64,000 nucleotides of DNA from Phoronis australis. Its lineage: Eukaryota; Animalia; Phoronida. Positions 12,646-24,600 of this stretch are shown in pieces; position 1 is the first letter of the stretch; every line of letters begins with the position of its first letter. The translations under genes and the position numbers were made by a program. The notes below the pieces were generated by a model. It searched no databases. It was not told the origin of the DNA and saw only the letters and a list, made by a program, of their open reading frames with translations. The DNA lies in the NCBI GenBank assembly GCA_002633005.1, contig NMRA01000734.1:62001-126000 (forward strand), given 5' to 3'.

Positions 12646-15600
12646 CTGAAAAAAGAAAGCACCACACACGTCTAAAGTTTTTGTAAAATTGATACAAAAA
12701 TTAACCTTACAACAGCTTTTCTTCTCCACAAAAAGTCCTTCAAACTAGAAGACATTATAATCTACCTAAAAATTTAAGAAAAGACAATTGGCAAAATTGC
12801 AAAATTCTTCAAAAGCTAAATACATTGTTTAGATGCACAAAAGTGCAAATGATTCAGATTTTCTCTGTCAATGAATTGTCCATGAACAAAACAGAATTCC
12901 ACATGTTAGTCATGTAGCAGACCAACCTCGTTCCATTGAACATCAAAGGAACTTGGTTGTTAACGTACTGAAAGGAGTACCCCGCAACGAGGTTCAACTG
13001 CATGTGATTAATTAAAAAGTGTTTACCACAATGAAGAGTTGACAAATTCAACAACAGTAAAATGGATGCTGACTGATTTCTAAGCTCTGTTCCTCAGGAA
13101 AATGACAGATATCAACAATGGAAAGTCATCTGTTAAGACGTAACTAATAAAAGCAGACGCTACATGAAATTGATTGCCAACTAACTCTAATTTTCTCATT
13201 GAACATTCACACAAGGATTTTTAGAAAAAAACCCACAAAATAGTCTTTAAGCAAAAAAAAAATGGCAGTCATAAACATCACTCGTGAGTAATAGTTGATG
13301 TGACATAAGGAACAATCCATGTAATAATAATGTGATATAAGGAACAATCCCTGTAACAGTGGATGTGATGTAAGGAACAATCCCTGTAACAGTGGATGTG
13401 ATGTAAGGAACAATCCCTGTAACAGTGGATGTGATGTAAGGAACAATCCCTGTAACAGTGGATGTGATGTGAGGAACAATCCCTGTAACAGTGGATGTGA
13501 TGTGAGGAACAATCCCTGTAACAGTGGATTGATGTGAGGAACAATCCCTGTAACAGTGGATGTGATGTAAGGAACAATCCCTGTAACAGTGGATGTGATG
13601 TGAGGAACAATCCCTGTAACAGTGGATGTGATGTGAGGAACAATCCCTGTAACAGTGGATGTGATGTGAGGAACAATCCCTGTAACAGTGGATGTGATGT
13701 AAGGAACAGTCCCTGTAACAGTGGATTGATGTAAGGAACAATCCCTGTAACAGTGGATGTGATGTAAGAAACAATCCCTGTAACACTGGATGTGATGTAA
13801 GGACCAATCCTTGTAACAGTGGATGTGATGTAAGGAACAATCACTGTAACAGTGGATGTGATGTAAGGAACAATCTCTGTAACAGTGGATGTGATGTAAG
13901 GAACAATACCTATCATACCAGATGTAATGTAAGGAACAGTTCGCGTAATAGTGGATGAGATGTAAGGAACAATCCATATTATCTTGTGGAACGCAGGGGC
14001 CAAAGATAGATGAAAACTCAATTTCAGTGACAGCAAAACAATCATAAACACCAAATGCACTCAATCATGTGCCCGTGTATCACACACTGTGTAAAAATAT
14101 AAAATCGAGAGGCCAGCGCAGTGGAATTATCTGACGGGATATCGAAATTAGTATGGTACAACTGTGTTAAAGTGTGTACTGTTACAACTTTGTTAATGTT
14201 GTATCTGTGCTCGCTAAAAACAAGGTGCAGAAAAGGTATTTTGCACTAGAGAAAAACTGGATTTCCGGAATGGACCGTTATAAACAACGTTTGCTGTAAC
14301 GCGTTTCGATGGTAAAAGAATATCCCGGTTATTGTAACCAAATGTTAAAAATTGGAACCTCTGCCAATAAACTCGTGTAAAACAATCTGCATAATGCCAT
14401 GATTTTATGTCATATTCCCAGACAATATCACATTATCTCATCCACTTAGAAACATGTTATGTACCGTCACCTTTCTATCAAAAAAGAAACAACCCAATTC
14501 ATATTTGCTTAACATAAAAATTAATGACGGGGTAAGTATTTCATGTAGCTCTCTTTCTCTGAGACTCTTCACATAGCGTGGCCGGCTTGATAAAAGTAGC
14601 TGCAATCGTGGCAAAATCAGAACTCACTAATCAAAATAGAATATCGCGGTTACTAAAATAATTCATGTTGAAACCGATCACATTGTGTGGGCTCCACTGT
14701 CCTTGTTTATTGAATAGACTTACATGTTGATTCTCTGCGCTGTTAGCTCGATGTATAAGATATTCTTATTTTAGCAGGTCCAGCGTCACCCTGATTGAAG
14801 ACTCTGCGAGTAACCTGCCGAGCAGGTTGGATTCAATTTTGAAGACGGAACACAATTAAATTGTAAACATTTTTATTATATTTTCCAGTCTGAGGATAAA
14901 ATAATGCGTGAACAGACTTGTCCAATTATTCGGTGAACATTGATCTCACTACTGCCACACATCTGATCTGTGTTTACCACACGGACTCATACACCAGTTT
15001 GTCCAGCATGCAATGCTCCTGCACATCTAACCAGAGAATACATAAGTGCAAGAGTACCAAACACACTCAGCGTATTTACAATTATCTGAGCCTTCATTCC
15101 TAATAAAAGCAAGATGGATAATGAGGGTAAGCGAAACAGGTGAAGAGCACAGAAGAAAACGAAATATACTGCACAGATGAACAGCAACACACAAGCCAAC
15201 TCGACAGGTATGCACCTGCTTGAGTAGATTGTAATACAACTCTGTTACCTCAGCTTGTGTACACTACAACAGTGTGCATTGTTGTATCCATTCCTAATAC
15301 GCTACCACATAATCACTCCCACATTTTATGAAATGTCACTTGTAAGCAACACCTCTATTGCCTGGGTTTAGTGACTAACCTCTTAATTTTTCAACTTGGA
15401 CATTATAATACAACCTGCTACTGAAACCTACATGTTTCATACCATGGACACCATCATTAGAACCCTTTTACAGAGAGACCTATGTGTGCACCCTAGGCTC
15501 GTGCTAGCCGCTTGCCATTGGTGAATTCTGAGTGGCACTGGCGATTGTAAAGCTAAGCCCATTAGCCAACTTGGTGAATGCTTTTGCAGCTTGACAATAA

Positions 15601-18600
15601 AAATCAAATTTGGGAAACCTATTCGCGTGTCGACTCACAGTCAGCTCGAATCAAGTGGTGCAGTTAACGACATTCTTACTTCGATTCCTCGTCCTAAAAT
15701 AGCAAGCGAATGTTCCATTTCATGTCCGTCACTCCCCCTAAAACCATTCTTTTACTGTAACAAAATGTTCAACTGTGTAGGGGTGGGGGGGGAAGATCTC
15801 ATATATCGCATTAGTCGGGACTATTTTGGCAGCTTCCAAAGAAAGCAAGGTAAAGCAGATGTCATGATTTAGAGTTATGTTGCAAGATACAAGTAATATT
15901 AATGTTTTACTTACCTAAATGCCTTTCTCATCAAAATGTCCGCGAGGCAGACGTATCCCCGCCGCCGTAACCCAGGGATGGGGGGGGGGGAGGGGTCAGG
16001 GTCCCTACCAATTTTTTAGGTCAAAATCAATGCAATGTGTAACCCGGGATAGGGGCAATTTTTTGGGTCAACATAAATCCGGCATACCCCCGCCATAACC
16101 CGAGGATAGGGAGAAAGTGTTTGAATAATAATTTTTGAAAATGGCTAAAAGTGTTCAGATGTTTTAGCCATTTTGGCTAATACCTTTAAAAGTCTAGCGC
16201 GAGCCTAGGCACCTGCTAGAGCATGGTTGACAGGATATGAGTCATCCCACTCATAATGAATTAGGTGTCAAATAGGCGATTGTGAGCTCATTAAGTTGAC
16301 AGTTGACATTGACACTTCCTGTACACTCCTATCTATAAAAAACTGAATGTCTGACAGCTTGCAATACTACTAAAATGAAGCGATGCCTACAGATTGTATA
16401 TCTGCATCACTACTATCCCATAATGCTTTGTGTTACGACGCCTTGCACTATCCGTAAAATTACTATTCCCAAAACTTACCAGAATCTTGTTTCTGTATCT
16501 TTGGCCTTGACACCACTTCTTCCTCAGAATCTAAAAAATTCAAATTTAGTGATTTAGTGATTCAAGAACTGCAATTTGTAGTTTGAACCTTCCTTGAACT
16601 TTTTAAAAGTACTTGACGAGGTCTATTTACATGCCAAATATTAGACATCTTAGTCAAAGGGCGTCGGACATACAGCACCATTGCAAAATTGGAAAATCTC
16701 AAATGAAAAATGGATGTAAATATCTTTCAGCAGTTGAAAACATTTATTGACATACCAAATTTCTCAAGAATTAGTCAAAAGACCACAGAGCTAGAGCTCC
16801 GTGAAGGAAGCTTTTGAAAACTGGCTGCTGCAGCAGCACCACATATGGACCAATTTCACCTGCAAGTAACAGGCTTCAGGATTTTACTGAAATACATGTT
16901 ATGAGCAAATTTCACAGACCATCACAAAGCAAATTCATTTCACCAAGCAATTACCAACGCACTAAACAACTGCAACAAGTACCTGACATGGCTTCATCCA
17001 TATTAGTATCACCATCTGAAGATGACGATTCAGAGTCGCTTTTTGGAATCGGTACACCAATATTGAGACTCTAAAACAAGAAAAAAATCAAAGGGCATGG
17101 GAATTTTCTTAAGCACTTAGCACTGCATCTTTCCATCGGTCAAAAATCACTGATAATGACTGACAGACAATGGATAGAATGAGGAACAACAAATGACCTA
17201 CTTGTGGTGCTACCCGAGTAAAACCATTTGACAATAGGACTGTCCGGATTACACAGCGACACTCGAATCTCGCTGTATTTACCCAGAATGCCATAAAAAT
17301 CCATCAGGCACATCTGCTGCCACTACAATTTCACAGGTTATTTGTTGTCCGATTCTTTACAAGTTTTTTCTCTGTTGCATTACTCTGTCCTTCCAATGCC
17401 AACGAAGTACTACTGCTGAGCTGTGGGCTGCAACTCTGACGTGAGAAAGTTTGATAAACTGGACAAAATATTTGTGGATGGCGTGATTTGAAATTCTTCA
17501 ACTTCCCTACATCCATGAGAGATACGAAAATGTGCCTGATTTCCAAAACGAGGTCACACGATGCTTTCTTATCTCCAGGACAAAGGAGAGTTCTATCATT
17601 GTATAATCAGGGATGGCCCTATTGACTGGTGTTGGTGCATTACCACCAGTATCTCTGCATCAAATTTTGTCAAAATCACTCAAGCAGTTTCAACAGACTA
17701 TAAACAAAAGATCAGAACTAAAATGGTAACTTGGACTCTGGGATGCAAAAGTAACCCAAACATTAAAACAAGAGCAACGCGGAGCATTGAAATGCGCCCA
17801 CGAATGTATCGCAAATGGTGTGCTTTTAGGGTTATTTATTTGTATCATAAAAATGGCCACTGGATGGCGCAAAAATGTACAATCCATCCAAAAATGGGAC
17901 ATATTTCATAAAATTCTGTCAAAGAACTTTAGAGAAACAAAGGAAAACAGAACAAAATGAAATTGCCACTTGTGGGCACAGTGTCCGTTCCATCCGCCTG
18001 AAAGTCGTCGTCTGTTATCTTCATATAAATTCACTTAATAAATATAATAAAGATCCTGCAGTGGATTTTGGAGATACAGCTTTGGGCGCAAAAAAAAAAC
18101 TACCTCTAGGAGGCGCCACAGTATTCAGTCGCCATCATCAAACGTCCTCTTCACACTGAAAACATATACGCCAATTTTCAAAACCATCCCTAGAATGATT
18201 TGGTTTATCGAGGGGTGGACGCCAAAAACAAGATTTGAAAACAACAATAATGGCCACCAGGTTGCGCAAAATAACTTGATTCCATCCAAAAACAGGACGA
18301 TAGAGTCATCTCACCAATAGATGCCTATATTCAAAATTTTATGAAAATATGTTGAGGACCTTGGAAGATACAGACTGGTAAACATAAAAAACTAAAATTG
18401 CCACTAGGGGGCACACCTGTAGTCAGATCCGTCTGAAAGTCGTAGTCGTCCATTGTCAACATCATATAAAAACACTTGCTAAATTAAGAAAAGATCCTGC
18501 AAACAGTTTGATAGATACAGCCATGAGCGCAAAAAAACAAAACTGCCATTAGGAGGCGCCACAGTAGTCGAACTAGTTGGAAAATTGACGTCAGCCATCC

Positions 18601-21600
18601 ACTTCATAGTAAAAACATACATGCAAATTTTCACAAGTATCCTGAGAGCAGTTTGGTTGATAGACGAGTGGACGCCAAAAAACAGACTCAAAAACAGTAA
18701 AAATGGCCACTAGGTGGCGCAAACTAGGTCGAATCCATCTGAAAACGGAGAGATAGCGTCACCTAATTAACAGATGCCTGTATGCCAGATTTTATGAAAA
18801 TATGTTGAGGACCTTTGAACAAACAGAGGTAAACGTAAAAAAAATAAAATTGCCACTAGGTGGCACACCAGCAGTCAGATCCGTCTGAAAGTCGTCATCC
18901 TTCATTGTTAATATCACATAAATACACTTACTAAATTTAGTTAAGATCCTGCGAACGGTTTAGGGGATATAGCCATAGGCGCAAAAAAAAAACTGCCACT
19001 AGGAGGCGCCACAGTAGTCGGAAAATCATCGTCAGCTGTCCACTTCATAGTAAGAACATACATGCCAATTTTCACAATCATCCTTTGAGCAGTTTGATTG
19101 ATAGAGGGGTGGGCGCAAAAAGACTCAAAAACAGTAAAAATGGCCACTAGGTGGTGCAAACTTTGTCAAATCCATCTGAAAACGGGAGGATAGTGTCATC
19201 TCACTAATAGGTGTCTACATACCAAATTTTATGAAAATCCATTCAGGACTTTTGAAGATACAGAGGTAAACGTAAAAAACTAAAATTGCCATTAGGGGGC
19301 ACACCGGTAGTCGGATCTATCCGAAAGTTCGCTCATGCCGTTCCATCCATGGGAGGAACACATGTGCAAAAGTTCATGAACATACGTCAAGGCATTTTGG
19401 AGATAGAGCAGCGGAAGCCCGACGGACGGAGATGACGGCATAATGCGTCCACATATAAATATGTGGGCGCATAAAAATCAGCTAATAACGGCATATCTCC
19501 ATCTTTGTCAAATGCCATCAAGACTTGAGGTTAGAGATAATTAGCAAACAAGCTGAAGTAATTATAGACAGCGACAGTGTGAAGACTTCATGAAAATTAA
19601 GTGGACTTCACAAACTTGCAACTATCACTAAAGGAAACTTTCAGTTGGTAGTATGCTAACACAGGGAATGCTAATGGTCTTGTATTACACACACGGGCGT
19701 GGAGTCTATTCCTGATACTTGGCATTTTCTACATAAGTTTACTTTTGTGCAAACTCAAGATGATTATCTATAATTCTATGCACGAATATACAATAAATGG
19801 CTTAGGAGGATAACCCAATAATCCTAACATGCACTCAATGACCCATCATGGAGGCTAAAAGTTAAGAGTCTGAAAATGAAATCTTGAGTTTTTATCTTGA
19901 ATCTGGACGACATCAAATGTGAACTTAGACTACACCATTTTCATAAACCATAATGTACTCGACCACAAACTAATTACAATTATCTTGAGTTCACACGAAC
20001 ATAGCGTGGAAAATGCCAAAAATAATTTCGAGTTTCATTTTGAGAAGAAAGATTAGAACCTTGCCAATGGTCGCTTTGATTACTGGCCGTTAAAGGTAAA
20101 TACAATGCACATGTAAGAGTTTACCTCGATCATTTCCTCCACCCTTGTCGCTTTCTCATTTTTACCAACATCATTCAGGAACCTGACATATCGACAAAGG
20201 TCGTCCCAAAAAACATCGTGCTCATCACTACCCTTCCCAATATCTTTAGCGACAAATCCTTTTTCTTTGCATATCCGTAGAACACCATCAAATTCTTTTT
20301 CCGCATTCTCTACGTGCTTGGAATAATCCACTGAAACAAATGAGTCAACATGAAACATACAGTAATGCAGTACAGAAGCACTGGTCTAGACACAAAAATT
20401 GAGCAGAGAGTTCGTGGTGTATATGGTTTTATTGCCACATTTGGTCTAGAGTAAAACTTGCAAAATGACAGGCACAGAATCAGTGGAACCATAGGCAGCA
20501 ATCCAAATTACCCAACTACTATTATTGATTCATTACTGAAATGATAACATAATAACATAACACTAGACGAAAGACAATGGTAAAAAAATTATTGACAAGA
20601 AGCATGGTGACTCATAAGTCGTGGGTTTTCATGAGCTACGCATGAACAGAGTTGACTGATAATAACCCTGACAAAACCAAAAGATAGCGAGCACATCACA
20701 ATTGTGGTCATACACCCATGGACGAAGATAAGAATCACCCCCAACCCCATTAAAGTCGTAAGACAAAATTCCATCCACACACCCAAGTCAACACCAATTT
20801 TCCCATCGTGTATTGAAACCATAAACAACTTACACATTCTTACAATGGTTTTGAAATTATGAGTTCAAAAGAATTTCTCAAAAAGGTGTCGAACAACAAG
20901 TTTTGATGTAGGTTACTTACTGGCATAAATCTCATCTTTTTGGTACAAAAACTGGGCCAAAAAGCATAGTTGGTTCTAGTTTTAATTTAGGTGGCACTCA
21001 TACTTGCCAGACAATGTGTCACCATGATGCAGGCTTCAGTTGGGGGGGGGGAGGGGGTGGGAACTTCGTCTACAGCGCTGCCGTCATTTTTCAAATACAA
21101 TCTGGGATGGTTATTGGGGCGTAAACATTCGGTGACATCACAGATAACTTGATAAATGTAAAAACAACTTGTCCAAAGAACAACACTTATGCCTTGAGCA
21201 TAATACAATTGAAGGCACGGGTCTACTGTAACAAGCTTTTGGTGTATGACTGAACAAAAAGAAAAGACTGCAAGTTTCAGTGAAAGCGGGCCTCAAAATT
21301 CATGGAAAGAACACATACTTGGATCATTTGCATGAACATTTTTTGAAGCATGTGCTATCTGATCACACTGAAGTTAAATATCACCACCTAAAACGCAAAA
21401 TACAAATCAGATTGCAAGACCAAAGCTATCGATGACGTCACTTGATATATGTGAGACTAAAACAGTCCCACAATGCACCTAGAAGGCACCAGAAATTAAA
21501 TTTTGATGATTTAAATTTCAAACACTGAATGCTTTCAATCTGAAATTTTTTGAAAGTTGCGATTGTCAATCAAGTTGAAATTTTCCACGTTGAAAGCTGG

Positions 21601-24600
21601 CACATAATGGGAAGGACCACAATTTAATTAAAGTAAAAATTTTAATTGAAGTGGAACCATAGAGACTTCAAACAATGACAGTTTTGAGACATCCAGTTGA
21701 GGTAACAAAATACAGAAAAATTAAGTCAAATACTGGAATTTGTTTACTTGAGCGGTTGTGTCCGTCTCTTACGGACTTCAGCTTGGCTAGTGGAGTTCTC
21801 ATCATTCTGACCAAAAGGTGGCTTTTAACCAAACATGATTTAACCCCACCAAGGTGGTGCCAGACTATTCGGCATCAAGGTCAGGACAATATCCCATATA
21901 AGTGTGATGGAACCTTGATCCACCTTGGTGGATCAAGGTTCCATCACGACTGGTTAAAATGCCACCTTTTGGCCAGAACAATAATAACACTAGACAAGCT
22001 GAAATCCATGAGAGACGGATGCAACGTCGCTAACTCAAGCAAATTCCAGTATTTGTACTCATTTGTTATTTTTGTATTAAAAACTTTAAAAACTTAAAGT
22101 AATGCGTTCACAGATAAATATGTGGGTGCATTAAAAAACTTACTTGTGCAAACCCTCTCACGAGCCATGACGGTAAAAATACGTCCCAACAATATAGTGG
22201 TTCGTACTTGAGAAATAGGGTCCTCCTTCTTAAACTCATCACTTATTTTCTTGGCATCAATAGCATGCATAAGTGCTTCGCCAGTTCTGTCCTTGTCCAA
22301 ACAAAGGGACGTGAAGTTTACCAGCACAGTCACAGAACTACTGCTCTTGAACATGTGTAACAGTTTCAAAGTTTTGATAGCGTCATCATACCACCCAATC
22401 GCACATTTATACTCTTCATCACATGGATCGCCATTATCTTCCTTTCTCCTGGCAGCCAGGTGGTGATAGGCCCCAATGTTCAACATAATCTGCACAAGAA
22501 AAGGGTGAAGACCACTGCCGAGAATCTTGCGGGCCATCTCGTGCGTTTCGTAGTAAAAGAATTTAGCCTTGTCGAAGTGTTCACGATAGTCCGCAACAAG
22601 CGCCATCTGATTGTAAATGCGAACCACCTGGAATGTATTTGCAGCGTGCTTACAAATGCGAGGCCTTGCTTGATCAATCATATCTGACGCCTCTGCATAA
22701 TTCCCTTTAAGGCCCAACACCTGGGCTCGTATAAAACAATACTGTGCGCACAATAGTGCGTAGCCAATAAATTCTTTAAAAACTTTCTTCCCTTTAAGCT
22801 TCATAGCGGCAGCTGTATCATCCAACTGTCGTATTTCTGGCTCCATTTCATTCAGTATAACTTCCGCTTCTTTCCATCCATTCACGGTGTCTCGATATTC
22901 ATAGTGTTGATGAGCAATAAACAGGCGAACTAACAATGTGAATAAATGATTGCCACTGCTCTTTGCAAGGTCCAAGTACCTCTGAAAAAGATCTAAACGA
23001 TCCTTGTCTTGTCGAAGCAACGTTGGTGTCGCTAACAAGTTAAACAAATGCAAAGCTTTGAGAAAACTCTCTCTCGTGGAAATATCACCTAGTTTTATAT
23101 GACTGAGGTTATGCAGGGAATATTCGATGCTTCTATAGAAGCGAATGACCTGCAATAAGACGCGAGGATTTTTACCGGTCTCCGACTGTTGAGCTACATG
23201 TTCTAAAAATCCATGAAAGTAGGAACAAAGCCTTTTTCTGGCCTCATCAATCATTTGAATTTGACTGTCTGATTTGTCTACAGTTTTCAAGAAATCTTGA
23301 ATAAGCGATGGTACGTGAAATAAAATGTGTTTTGTACCAGGTACATCCTTGTTTGTGGCCTCAGCTACAGGGTAGCAGTCACTTATCACTAAGAAATGTC
23401 GTGAGCGTAAAAACTGGAGATCACTGTTAACATTAGATGTGATGTCGTCAAGAACGGTGCAGGCTGCTGGTGCATCAAATTCAGACAGAAACACAGAGAG
23501 TTTTAACAGCACGCTTTGGAACTGTGTGCCAAGATTCAAGTAGGCATGTTTGAGGATCTCCTCGACAGACACATGTCTGACCAGCGAACTTCCCTTGAGA
23601 AGCTTGACGAGTTCCTTGGGTTTGTTCACTTGATCCTGCAGTCGTTTACCCACCATTTTGACCAGATAGGGGTTCTGCTGGCACAGCCGGGCCAACTCAT
23701 CCAAATCCTCAACTTGTGCTACGTCAGTCTGCAAGCAACGACTTCAGAATGTCAAAGCAGTTTTTCCAAAAAATCTCAACACAGGCTAGAGGGAATTTTG
23801 CCACAGAATTGGCAGGAGGTGTCATGCTGCCAACTTGGCTGGGTATTTAGGCCCTTGAGGTATCGCCTCAGATGGGTATTTCTGATCAAATATTGCCTTG
23901 AGTTGACGTTTTGGCTTCACAGGTATTGTCTTAGTGGGTACTTTGGCACCTGAGGTATCATCTCAGGTAGGTATTTTGATTAAATATCGTTTGGAGTAGG
24001 TGTTTTGGTTTCGCAGGTACTGTCTTGAGTGGATAATGGAGGAGCAACCAGCAAGATTCATCAGTTCGGGTTAACTTCAAGCCCATTTTCAAGGATGCCC
24101 AGTTACTGAATTAGTCAACATTTTGAAAGTGGAGTGGCAACCCCGCCCAATATGTGGAAGTCAATTATCCACGTACACAGTCAGGTTCTCCTTTTGAGAG
24201 AGAAGTGTTATTTTGTCATTCCAATCTCATGTATCCTATTCGTCGTAATAACCGCCCATGCCCCTATAAGCGCCCCCCCCCCACGCGTTTTCCGACTTTG
24301 CTGAAATAAGCGCCCAGTCTATGCACGTATACATGCGAACAATGACGTACCTACAGTATTAAAACTCGGCTACAGTAACGTCTTCAATTTATCAAAAAAT
24401 TTTTGCACGGGTCTTCTAGACCACCAGCTGCACTGCTACTTTTGTATTTAGCCGTGACTTTACACTTCAAAGTAACGCAGCACTTCAAAAAGAACGCAAC
24501 AGCGTTGCTACGCTCTCACGACGACCATGTCCCACTACGGTCTGACCTTTCAGTAGACACATGGACTGTGTCTCATGAATAAAAATAACTCGGTGTTAAA

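Noticed and set aside
13300-13975. CRISPR array
   Set aside because: The 33-bp units are contiguous with no unique spacers, there are no cas genes, and the context is a eukaryotic intron.
13207-14064. Long ORFs (285, 260 and 197 aa) as genes
   Set aside because: They are translations of the minisatellite, switching frame at 2-bp deletions.
15905-15930. Additional gene A microexon ending at a gtaagt donor
   Set aside because: It lies inside a MITE, has no good acceptor and would introduce a stop.
23516-23953. Antisense ORFs over NLR-like exons (also 49975-50403 and 31656-31871)
   Set aside because: Shadow ORFs with no recognisable motifs or splice structure.
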